Below, one piece after another: positions 38,301 through 51,100 of a stretch of DNA of 64,000 nucleotides. The stretch's first letter is position 1. Each line of letters begins with the position of its first letter. Position numbers and translations under genes: made by a program. The DNA lies in contig NIVC01001001.1 in NCBI GenBank assembly GCA_002269645.1, positions 321,934-385,933 on the forward strand, in the 5' to 3' direction. A model generated the notes under the pieces. The model was not told where the DNA came from. It searched no databases and saw only the letters and a list, made by a program, of their open reading frames with translations. The DNA comes from Macrostomum lignano. Taxonomy: Eukaryota.

Positions 38301-41300
38301 AGATCCTCATCAGTTGCTGGTCCAGCCTCCCAGATCCTCATTTGCTGGGCCAGCCTCCCAGATCCCCAGCTGCTGGGCCAGCCTCCCAGATCCTCAGTTG
38401 CTGGGCCAGCCTCCCAGATCTTCATCAGTTGCTGGGCCACCAGCCTCCCAGATCCTAATTTTCTGGGCCAGCCTCCCAGATCCCCAGTTGCTGGGCCAGC
38501 CTCCCAGATCCTCATTTGCTGGGCCAGCCTCCTAGATCCTCAATTGCTGGGCCAGCCTCCCAGATCCTCAGTTGGTGGGCCAGCCTCCCAGATCCTCATC
38601 AGTTGCTGGGCCACCAGCCTCCCAGTTCCTCAGTTGCTGGGCCAGCCTCCCAGATCCTCAGTTGCTGGGCCAGCCTCCCAGATCCTCATCAGTTGCTGGG
38701 CCACCAGCCTCCCAGATCCTAATTTTCTGGGCCAGTCTCCCAGATCCCCAGTTGCTGGGCCAGCCTCCCAGATCCTCAGTTGCTGGACCACCAGCCTCCC
38801 AGATCCCCAGCATCTCATGATCCCCATCTCCCATGCAGCGCTCACCGATGCTGCAGCGGCAGAAGCTGCTGTCTGCAGTGCAGCAGGCAGTGCAGGCTGG
38901 GCGCCAGACTGATATTAAATCGGTCGCCGAGAGCCGCAGACGCAACGCTGGCACTGCTGGACTTCAGCAGGCTGAAAGGCACAAGGTAAAGGTCGCCCTG
39001 AGGCACAATGATGAGGCTTGGACGCTGCTGCTGCTGTTGTTGCGGCAGGTGAGGCTCCAACTCGGCGATAAGCACCGAGTACAGGTGGCCCAGAGCCCGA
39101 CGCCCGATGCCGCTCCCGCTGGCGCCGCTGCCGCCGCTTCGTCCGGAGGCGAGCGACAGCGAATCGGCGGCCGCGGCGGCTGCGGCGGCTTTCGCAGCGG
39201 CGGCAGGAGCGGCGAAGAAGCCGGCTGAGACGGAGGCCACGCTGTGGGCCTCGGAGTCCTCGCCGCCGCGCTCGAAGTCGGGGTCCAGCTGGTTCACGTC
39301 TGTCTGGCGGAATGCCACCAGCCCGTCTGCGGGGGTGAGCAGCCAGGTGTACAGGTATCCGGCGGCCAGGGAGAAGTACACCAGGCTGGAGTCGCAGTCG
39401 CGTACTAGGCGTAGCATCTCATCGTAGGTCATTGGGCCCTGCGGGTGAGTGATCGAATGATTAAGTGAGTGATATAGTGAGTGAGTGAGTGAGTGAGTGA
39501 GTGAGTGAGTGAGTGAGTGAGTGATATAGTGAGTGAGTGAGTGAGTGAGTGAGTGAGAAAGTGAGTGAGTGAGAAAGTGAGTGAGTGAGAAAGTGAGTGA
39601 GTGAGTGAGTGAGTGAAAAAGTGAGTGAGTGAGTGAGTGAGTGAGAAAAGGAGTGAGTGAGAAAGTGAGTGAGTGAGAAAGTGAGTGAGTGAGAAAGTGA
39701 GTGAGAAAGTGAGTGAGTGAGTGAGTGAGTGAGAAAGTGAGTGAGTGAGAAAAGAGTGAGTGAGTGAGTGAGTAAATGAGAAAGTGAGTGAGTGAGAAAG
39801 TGAGTGAGTGAGAAAGTGACTGAGTGAATGAGTGAGTGAGTGAGTGAGTGAGTGAGTGAGTGAGTGAGTGAGTGAGTGAGAAAGTGAGCGAGTGAGAAAG
39901 TGACTGAGTGAATGAGTGAGTGAGTGAGTGACTGAGAAAGTGAGTGAGTGAGAAAGTGACTGAGTGAATGAGTGAGTGAGTGAGTGAGTGAATCAGTGAG
40001 TGAATCAGTGAGTGAGTGAGTGAGCCCCCACCTGCAGGATGTCGCTCAGCTCCGCGTCGGCCTCCTTAGCCTGCCGGTCCAGCAGCAGGTCAACAAACGG
40101 CCTGGCCTGGCAAGTCTCTGCAGCAACGAGAGCCTCCTGGGGACGGCCGAGAGCGGCCAGGACTCGCTGCAGCGCCTGCGAACAGGCCGTCTGAGCTGAC
40201 AGCAGCGCAGCCCGCTGCTCGGAGGCCAGGCGTTGACGCTCGCCACGGCGGAGCTCGTCGAATAAGTCGAACGCCGACTGCAACTGCTGGCGAGAGTCAG
40301 ACAGGCGGCCGCTGGCCCAGAGAGAGAGGCCGAGCCGGTGGCGGAGCCGGGCCTCCTCCTCGCGGTAGCCGGTCTTCTCGGCGGCCTTAAGGTGGGCGGG
40401 TTCAATTAAGGTCATCGGGGGAATTTCAAGTCGGGGTGGTGTAGCCGCAGCCTAGCTTAAAGATCAAAAGGATTAGCCGCATCTTGGCCTCAAGATCAAA
40501 CGGATTAGCCGCAGCCTAGCTTAAAGATCAAAGGAATTAGCCTCAGCCTAAATTAAAGATCAAATGAATTACCCACAGCATAGCCTCAAGATCAAAGACG
40601 ATTAGCCGCATCTTAGATTAAAGATCAAAGGGGTTAGCCGCATCTTAGATTAAAGATCAAAGGGGTTAGCCGCATCTTAGATTAAAGATCAAAGGGGTTA
40701 GCCGCATCTTAGATTAAAAATCAAAGGGGTTAGCCGCATCTTAGATTAAAGATCAAAGGGGTTAGCCGCATCTTAGATTAAAGATCAAAGGGGTTAGCCG
40801 CATCTTAGATTAAAGATCAAAGGGGTTAGCCGCAGCCTAGATTAAAGATCAAAGGGGTTAGCCGCATCTTAGATTAAAGATCAAAGGGGTTAGCCGCATC
40901 TTAGATTAAAGATCAAAGGGGTTAGCCGCAGCCAAAAGATCAAAGGGGTTAGCCGCAGCCAAAAGATCAAAGGGGTTAGCCGCAGCCTAGATTAAAGATC
41001 AAAGGGGTTAGCCGCAGCCTAGATTAAAGATCAAAGGGGTTAGCCGCAGCCAAAAGTCAAAGGGGTTAGCCGCAGCCTAGATTAAAGATCAAAGGGGTTA
41101 GCCGCAGCCTGCATTTAAGATCAAAGGGGTTAGCCGCAGCCTACATTTAAGATCAAAGAGACTTGCCGCTTTAGCCCAGACTCACCTGCAGTCCGTCGCG
41201 CAGGTAGCGTATGGCCTCCCCGTATCCAGCTAGGCAGTGGTGAATGCGCCCCAGCGCTGTCAGAGCCGACAGCTTCGCCTGTTCCTTGGCCAGCTCGCCC

Positions 41301-41717
41301 GCGGATCTCAGGTGCCGCTCCTGATAGTCCAGCGCCAGCCGGTAGTCGCCCTGAGCCTCGTAGGCCAGGCCGATGTTGCCGAAGGCTCGGCAGCGAGCTT
41401 CGGGCAGCGAGTTCGACTCGGCTAGCCGAAGATCCAGCAAATGGAATTCCAGACTGCGGCCGAAATCCGACATCTGCTGGTAGACCCTGCCCAGGCCCGA
41501 GGCCGCGTCCGCCTCTGTGCTGGGCGAGCCCGCCTGGTGATGGCGGAGTTGGATGGCTGGCTGTCTGTCTGTCTGTCTGTCTTTCTGTCTGTCTGCCTTA
41601 GTGTCTGTCTGTCTGTCTGTCTGTCTGTCTTAGTGTCTGTCTTAGTGTCTGTCTGTCTGTCTGTCTGTCTGCCTGTCTGTCTGCCTGTCTGTGTGTCTGT
41701 CTGTCTGCCTGTCTGTG

Positions 41718-41758
<41 letters not shown>

Positions 41759-41897
41759 GCCTGTCTGTCTTAGAGTCTGTCTGACTGTCTGTCTGTGTGT
41801 GTGTGTCTGTCTGTCTGTCTGTCTGTCTTAGTGTCTTAGTGTCTTAGTGTCTGTCTGTCTGTCTGCCTGTCTGTCTGTCTGCCTGTCTGTGTGTGTG

Positions 41898-41950
<53 letters not shown>

Positions 41951-42057
41951 GCCTGCCTGTCTGTCTGTCTGCCTGTCTGTCTTAGTGTCTGTCTGTCTAC
42001 CTGTCTGTGTGTCTGCCTGTCTGTGTGTCTGTCTGTCTGTCTGTCTGTGTGTGGGTG

Positions 42058-42122
<65 letters not shown>

Positions 42123-45100
42123 TTCTGTCTGTCTGTCTGTCTGTCTGCCTGTCTGTCTGCCTTAGTGTCCCTCCAAGTCTCTCCAATATCACCTCAGTAA
42201 CTGTCCCAGAATCCCATCGCCATCATCGCGCACCTGTTTAGCCACCCTCAGCTGGTGGGTCAGGCAGCCAATCGCCTGCTCAAAGTTGCCGCTAGCAGCG
42301 TGCAGGCCGCCCATCTCGCCGTAGGCCGAGGCCATCCAGTCCAACCGCTGGGCCTCGTGAGCCACAACCAGCCGCTTCTCCTGGCAGACCAGCGCCTGCT
42401 GCAGGCTGCCGCTGTGCCGATGACAGGCGGCCAAGCCAGCCAGGGCCCGCTGCTGCCCAGTTAGATTAGCAATCCGCTGGCACAGAGCCAAATAGCGTTC
42501 GTAGCAACCAACGGCGCCTTCCCAGTCGCCAAGCGATTCGTAGCACATGCCTAATCGGCACAGAGCTTCGCCGCGTTCGCCGTCGACAGCCCGACGACTT
42601 GGCGGCAGACGGTCGAGCTGGGACAGCTGCTGCTCCAGGTAGCCAATGGCCTGTTCGAACTCACTGCTTGACACCTTGGCAGCGGCTAGTTGACCGCAAG
42701 CTCTGGCCTCCAGGGCTGGCTGGCCGGACTCCTGGGCCAGGCGGAGGGCTTCCTCGAAGCACCGAACTGCGGAACCGACATTGCTCAGCGCCAGGTTGGT
42801 GCCGCCCAGGTGGCACAGCGCCTGCGGCGGTTGGGGATGTGATAATTAATAATTAGTAACTCCAATTATAATTGTAACTGCTGGGCAATACGCATCTTCT
42901 AAATAATTAGGAAGCTTATATTGACCCATTAGGTAGCTTATATCGATCCATTAGGTAGCTTATATTGATCCATTAGGTATCTTATATTGACCCATTAGGA
43001 AGCTTATATTGACCCATTAGGTAGCTTATATTGACCCATTAGGTAGCTTATATTGATCCATTAGGTAGCTTATATTGACCCATTAGGAAGCTTATATTGA
43101 CCCATTAGGTAGCTTATATTGACCCATTAGGTAGCTTATATTGACCCATTAGGTAGCTTATATTGACCCATTAGGTAGCTTATATTGACCCATTAGGTGG
43201 CTTATATTGACCCATTAGGTGGCTTATATTGACCCATTAGGTGGCTTATACTGACTCATTAGGTGGCTTATATTGACCCATTAGGTGGCTTATATTGACC
43301 CATTAGGTAGCTTATTTTGATCAATTAGGTAGCATATATTGACCCATTAGGTAGCTTATTTTGATCTATTAGGTAGCTTATTTTGACCGGTAAGTAGCTT
43401 ACCTGACACACGGGTGCCTGGTCGAGCGGCGATTGGCTAAGCGTCAATTTAGAATCGCCCAGGTGAGACTGCCTCTCCAGACTGTACGTGGCACTACTGT
43501 GCCTGCCAGCCTCATCAACCACCTGCCTAGCCAATTCCAATTCTAATTGATGATGCCGTAGAGCGGCTAATTGGTTGCCAAGGCGACTGTGCGCTTCGCC
43601 TAGGCCGGCGTGAGCGGCCACTAATAGCCGAGGCCGATTGCCGGCAAGCTGAAGCTGCTCAGCCCGAAGCTCCATCGCTTGGGCGGTGTCACCCAGAGAC
43701 ATGCTGGCGTCGGCCAGATGACCGAGTGAGCGAAACTCCAGATCTGGCTGCTGCTGCTGCTGCAAGGAAAAGAGACAAAATTATATATTAAATTAGTATT
43801 ACGATAATAGCAATTGATTACACCTGCCCTAATGGGCTATTGCGCGGCGCATCTGAAGACTGCGTACGGCTGTTCAGTCCAAGGACTGGGGGGTCGCCAC
43901 ACGCACCCTCAATTACCCCAGCTAATGCTGGTACCCATTTTACAGCTGGGTGAACTGAAGAAACTGAAGTGTTAAGTGTTTCGCTCAAGGACACAAATTG
44001 TTCCGAGTGGGACATGGGTCGAACCCCCAAACTACCAATCGTGAGTATGACGCTCTAACCACTAGGCATACAGAACATTACATAGCTCATTAGACAGCAT
44101 TTATGATCAGTTGCTAGGCAGCCAATCAGAGCTGGATGGAAGTCTGCAAGGTCTGTTAGGTAGTTCCAGAAACACGAGGCAGTCTAATAATTCAATAATC
44201 AGTAATTTATTACTCAATGTTCATTGTTTTTGCAAAAACAAAAATAATGCAAAAAAGAGACAGACTGATGGCATCTTGCGAACTAAAATTCCAGCAGAAA
44301 CTGTTTTCTTAACGAAGGTTCACAACTGCCTACGACTGTCTGTCAGTCAAAAGCGTCGAGAGCACGAGATGCCTCAATGTGTCAAAAGGTGAACTCCATA
44401 GCATTGACGCCACAGCGTCAATTTCAACTTGAATGATTGGCGACCTAAAACTGCCAATGATTCAAACACGCCTGCCAACTTTGCTTCACTGCTAAGTGTA
44501 GGTCTCCAAATTTTAGAATGCAAGCGGCCCATTGCTAGCGATGCAATCATTAAACAATGACGCGTGTCCTTCGTATACTTCTGAACTTGTCCGGGAGACA
44601 GAAAGACAACGAACAGCAAAGACAATGAGACAAAAGACCGTGTTTGCTTAAGGCAATAGGATGACGGATAGTTTAAGAAATAAAATCTCTGGTATCGCAG
44701 TTCGGAATTTTTTGCACTGGCAAAAAAATGAATTTCGCCCATTTTGATGAAATTCGAAATCAGTTTCTGGTGGGTGCTGGGCAGCCAGCTGCTGACAGTG
44801 CTGGCTCAGTGCCCCGCTCCCTTCTACCTTGAGGCCGGCAGGTGCATATTCGTGAGCACAACTCAGGGCTTCACCTGGTGCGAGGCCAATCGGCAGTGCT
44901 CATCGATCGGAGGCGAGCTCATCAACTCGTACAGCTTGCTGAAGCTGCTGCCCAGCATGCCGAGTTTTCAAAACGGCAAGAAATACTGGCTCGGAGTGAC
45001 CGACTTGGCAGATGAGAGACACGCCAGCAAGGAGGGCTGGCAGACGGTGTTCGGCAGAGGCCAGCTGCCTCTCGAGGACTCTCTGTGGATCAACGGTGAC

Positions 45101-48100
45101 CCAAACAATAAAGGCGGTAAGCAGGACTGCGTAGCCACCTATACAAGCAGCGCTAAACTCGTCGACCTCTCCTGCTCTTACAAACGCGGATTCGCGTGCG
45201 AGTTCGCTGCAGCTGCTCCGATTGCGGCTCAACTCAACGGCCAGTGGAAGCGAACTCCGTTCAAGCGGTCCAGCTACAATCCCAGCTCTGAGTACTGCTT
45301 CACTGACCTGACCAACATCGACAGCGCTATCGAGTGCGTTGCCATGGCGATGAGATCGAAGGACAGCCAGCACGTGCTGTTCAATAAGAAACAAAAGAAA
45401 TGCCGCCTGCTGCACTTCACCGACGCTCAGGTGGAGAAGGCGATCGAGAGGAGCGCCGACTGGGTGAAGTTCGGCCTGACCTGAGAGGCGAGGAGGCTTG
45501 GAGCTGCTGGATCTGACCGCTGAACCGGCTGTGCAATCGAAATAGATACTTTAAGAATAGACTGAATACTCGTAGTTGGTCCGAACATTTCTAACTTTGA
45601 CCCGAATATTAAGGAGCATTGTGGGGTTTTTTTTACCTGTTTTGGTTGTGGTCCGTGGATTCTACAATAGCTTCACGTGGTTTTTGACCCCGTCGAAATG
45701 AAAAGAAACAATATATACGATGAAAATTTGAACCTGCATTCCCAAAATTGTTGTTAATCTGGTTTTAGTTTTTGATACATGGATCAAGGCTCGATTCCTT
45801 GGGCTTGGCCGCATTAGCACAAGTTTAATTCAAGCAATATTTGTATTACTAGTCCTTAAGTGGGTGACAGCAGCTTGCTCATAGCACAAACGTGCAATTA
45901 AACGTACTAATAGGCTGTACAGTCCAAGGACTGGGGGGTCGTCACCCACAGCCTCAATTACCCCAGCTAATGCTGGCACCCATTTTACAGCTGGGTGAAC
46001 TGAAGCAATGCAGAGTTAAGCGTCTTGCTCAAGGACACAAATTGTTCCGATTGGGTCAAGAATCGAACCCTCGAACTATCAATCGTGAGTATGACTCGCT
46101 AACCACAAGGCTACAACCCGCTGTGCACATGTCTGACGATTAGAAAGTCAGGGGCCGCTGTTTACACCCTGTGTGAGCTGTGTATGAGTGCCTGCGTACA
46201 GTATTGGCGCGCTTGTATGTAGCTCACCAGCTCATCGCCCCTAGCCAACTGCAGGCACTCTTGAAACTCTTCGGCCGCCATCTGCCAGTCGCCCAACTCG
46301 CCAAGGCACAGGCCCAGCTGGCAGCGGGCTCGCCAAATCGCCGAGCAGGATGACGAACAGACCGGCCGCTGCAGCAGCTGCAGCTCAGCCCGATGCCAGG
46401 TCTCGGCCTCTCGCCACCTGCCCAGCTGGTGACAGACGCAGCCGAGCCTGTGACAAGCGGCAGCCTCGCCCCGACTGTCGTTGATCTCTGAGCACAGTCG
46501 GCGCCATTCTGAGCACAGTTCCAATGCGGCTTGACAGTCGCCCCGACCGCTGGCCAGGAATCCGGCCATGGACTCCAGGGCTCTGGCTAGCAGCCGGTGA
46601 TTGGCCAGTTGGTCGCCGCTGTTAGCTCGAAGCTCGCGAGCCAAGTCCAGCTGTAGCTGCAGATGGTGGGCCGCCCGTTCCGGCTGTCTCAGCGATTGAT
46701 AAGCGGCGCCGAGGCGACCGTGGCAGGCGCATTCGGATTGGCGATCGTAGCACTGCTGGAGCAGTTCCAGCTCCTCGGTGTGGTAGCGAAGGGCCAGGTC
46801 TGGCTGGCGCATGGCTGAGTAGGAGCAGCCTGCAAACCGGGTTTTGGGGGTTTAGAAATCGGGATTTGTAGATTTGAAATCGGGATTTGTAGATTTGAAA
46901 TCGGGATTTGTAATTTTGAAATCGGGATTTGTAGATTTGAAATCGGGATTTGTAGATTTGAAATCAGGATCTACAATTTGAAATCGGGATTTGTAGATTT
47001 GAAATCAGGATCTACAATTTGAAATCGGGATTTGTAGATTTGAAATCGGGATTTGTAGATTTGAAATCGGAATTTATAGATTAGAAATCGGGATTCGTAG
47101 ATTTGAAATCGGGATTTGTAGATTTGAAATCGGGATTTGTAGTTTTGAAATCGGGATTTGTAGATTTTAAATCGAGATTTGTAGTTTTGAAATTATATTT
47201 GTAGATTTGAAATCGGAATTTATAGATTAGAAATCGGGATTCGTAGATTTGAATTCGGGATTTGTAATTTGAAATCGGGATTTGTAGTTTTGAAATCGGG
47301 ATTTGTAGATTTGAATTCGGGATTTGTAGATTTGAAATCGGGATTTGTAGATTTGAATTCGGGATTTGTAGATTTGAAATCGGGATTTGTAGATTTGAAA
47401 TCGGGATTTGTAGTTTTGAAATCGGGATTTGTAGATTTGAAATCGGGATTTGTAGATTTTAAATCGGGATTTGTAGTTTTGAAATTATATTTGTAGATTT
47501 GAAATCGGAATTTATAGATTAGAAATCGGGATTCGTAGATTTGAAATCGGGATTTGTAGATTTGAAATCGAGATTCGTAGATTTGAAATTGGGATTTGTA
47601 GATTTGAAATCGGGATTTGTAGATTTGAAATCGGGATTTGTAGATTTTAAATCGGGATTTGTAGTTTTGAAATTATATTTGTAGATTTGAAATCGGAATT
47701 TATAGATTAGAAATCGGGATTCGTAGATTTGAAATCGGGATTTGTAGATTTGAAATCGAGATTCGTAGATTTGAAATTGGGATTTGTAGATTTGAAATCG
47801 GGATTTGTAGATTTGAAATCGGGATTTGTAGATTAAAAAACGGGATCTGTAGATTTGTAATCGGATTTGAAGATTTAATATTGGGATTTGTGGATTTGAA
47901 ATCGGGATTTCTAGATTAGCACTTGTTACTTACCGATATTTCCAAGAGCTTTGGCCCTCCCAGGCCTATCATGCAGCAGTTCCGCCAGTCTCAAATGCGC
48001 CTTATGCAATTTGACAGCCGATTCGTAGTCGCCCAGAAGCTGATAGACCAGACCCAGGGAGCCGCAGGCGGCCGCCTCTAGCTCACGATTTGCGCAGCGT

Positions 48101-51100
48101 AGGGCGCAGTTTAACTGAGCCTCGTGCATGCGTCGCGATTCGGCAAGGTCGCCGTCTAGACGATGACAGGCGCCCAGGGCGCCGCAGGCGCGACCCTGAA
48201 GAAGCGGGTCGCCTAGTTGCTGAGCCTGGGCCAGGGCCTCCTCCAGGTGTGGCCAGGCCTGACCGGGTTCGCGTTTGGCCAGGTGATCGGAGCCCAGGTT
48301 AAGCAGGGCTCGGCAGCGCTCTTCCCGGCTGCCCAGTCTAGGAAGAAATATTTAAAAAATTGTCATTTTTAGGACTATGATACTACTTTTAGTAGAAAAA
48401 AAGTCAGAGAAAATACAAAAGCACATTTAAACTACCAGCATACAGCGCTATGATCAAACTACTAATAGTAGCGTTTATTATACACAAAATGAGGGTAGCC
48501 TTATCTATCAGGAGGGGGGGGTTGTATGTAGCCTAGAGGTTGGAGCGTGGACTCGCGGCTGAAAGGTCGGTTGTTCGATTCGCGACCCACTAGGAACAAT
48601 TTGTGTCCTTGAGAGCAAGACACTCAACTCTGCATTGCTTCAGTTCACCCAGCTGTAAAATGGGTGCCAGCATTAGCTGGGGAAAGTCCTTGGACTGAAC
48701 AGCCGTAGGGTATGGTACACAGCCACACATCCACCACAGCCCCCATTAGGGCAGGTGTAATCAACTATTACTATGATTATTATCAGTAATGAAGACAAAA
48801 CACAGACGAATTATTAAATCTATCTTATTCTTAACAGAAGCTACAAATCGTAAGTAGTTTAGCTCTCAAAGCAAGCATAATCGCAAAATATAATAGATTA
48901 ATTGAAACTACTGTGAAAAGATTAAATATTCATTAATTTAAGCTACTATTAGTAGCCTTTAACGAAATTACGATAAAAAGATAAAATAGAGCAATTTAAG
49001 CTACTACGAGTATTAGTAGTTTCAAACAGGTATCACTTTACAAAAAAATACAGCTAATTTTAGTTACATCAAAAACGTACTAAATTTTAACCTACTAATA
49101 GTAGTTTCAACCGAGCATTTATCTCACCTATTAGCCAATCGCAGCTGTTCGCTGTGGCACTCTAGCGCATTGTCCAGCTCTCCCATAGCCAGATAGACGC
49201 TGCCAACGCTGCCAATTTCCGCAGCTTCAAGCAACGGCAAGTCGCTCTGATGGCAGAGCAGAGCGCACTGCCGGTGGCTTGACAGCGCGTTGGTTAAATC
49301 TCCCAGGGCGCTGTACAGATGTCCCAGATTAGTCAGGGCGTGAATCGCTGTGTCGCGTTGGCGAAGCTTCAACGCGCAACGCAGCTGTTGTTTCTGATGC
49401 GCCAGAGCTTCGGCGAAGTCGCCTTGGACGAAGTGGGCGGCGCCAAGATTGCCGTGGGCGCGGCATTGGCCTTCCTCGTCGCCTGGAAGTGATGCAGTTT
49501 GGGTGGCAGATTTTATTTAATGAGGTTGCTTGGATGCTGGCTAATTCGGACATATAGAAATAAGGAAGCTCATGATGATGTGGAAGAGGAGAATCTGACT
49601 GAGGATGGGGCGGAAGGTGAGGATCTGACGACCTAAGTATGGGCTGGAAGTTAAGAGTCTGAGAACCTGAAGATGGGGCGGAAGCTGATGAATTGAAGAC
49701 ACGAGGTTGGGGCGGAAGCTGAGGATCTGACGACCTAAGTGTGGGGTGGAAGTTGAGTGTCTGAGGACCTGAGGATGGGGCGGAAGCTGATGAATTGAAG
49801 ACAAGAGGTTGGGGCGGAAGCTGAGGATCTGACGACCTAAGTATGAGGTGGAAGTTGAGTGTCTGAGGAGCTGAGGATGGGGCGGAAGCTGAGATTCTGA
49901 GGACCTGAGGATGGAGCGGAAGCTGAGGGACTGAGGACCTGAGGATGGGGCGAAAGCTGAGAGTCTGAAAACATGAGGATGGGATGGAAGCTGAGATTCT
50001 GAAGACCTAAGGATGGAGCGGAAGCTGAGATTCTGAAGACCTAAGGATGGGGTGGAAGTTGAGGGTCTGAGGAGCTGAGGATGGGGCGGAAGCTGATGAA
50101 TTGAAGACAAGAGGTTGGGGCGGAAGCTGAGGATCTGACGACCTAAGTATGAGGTGGAAGTTGAGTGTCTGAGGAGCTGAGGATGGGGCGGAAGCTGAGT
50201 CTGAGGACCTGAGGATGGGGCGGAAGCTGAGTCTGAGGAGCTGAGGATGGGATGGAAGCTGAGGATTTAACGATGATCATAGGTCCTGAAAATGAACCTA
50301 CACAATCCTAAACCATTCTCTTCTAGCTTAGTAGCAGCAAACAGCAATAAATAAATCAGACAGAGAGACAGTGCGCAGTGGACCAGTGGATTTCTAATCA
50401 AAAGATGAAATATCAGACATAGAGGCGGCATTGGGCCAGTGGACCCTAGCCGGAACACATACAATACAATAAGATATACATTTACAATATCCAGTTTCAT
50501 TTATAACCCACTAGGCCCTATTAATCTGCATTAACCGATCTTGGGAAAAGGGCAAGCAACAAACTGTGTGCGCTTCTTCGAGTGGCATTATATGACATAT
50601 CGGAACAAATAGCTGGGATGATAAAGACCCCGATAAAAAAACTATACCGAAAATGTACTAAACTCTGCAGCTGTTATAAATATACTGCAGTGCTTTCAGC
50701 TAAAGCTTACTTGACTATAAGATTTCACTCTTTTGATATCCAAATCTCACTACTCTTTTGATATCCAAATCTCACTACTCTTTTGATATCCAAATCTCAC
50801 TACTCTTTTGATATCCAAATCTCACTACTCTTTTGATATCCAAATCTCACTTTTTTGATATCCAAATCTCACTCTTTTGATATCCAAATCTCACTCTTTT
50901 GATATCCAAATCTCACTCTTTTGATATCCAAATCTCACTCTTTTGATATCCAAATCTCACTCTTTTGATATCCAAATCTCACTCTTTGATATCCAAATCT
51001 CACTCTTTTGATATCCAAATCTCACTCTTTTGATATCCAAATCTCACTCTTGAAATCTCACTCAAATCTCACTCTGTGATATCAAAATCTCACTCCGTGA

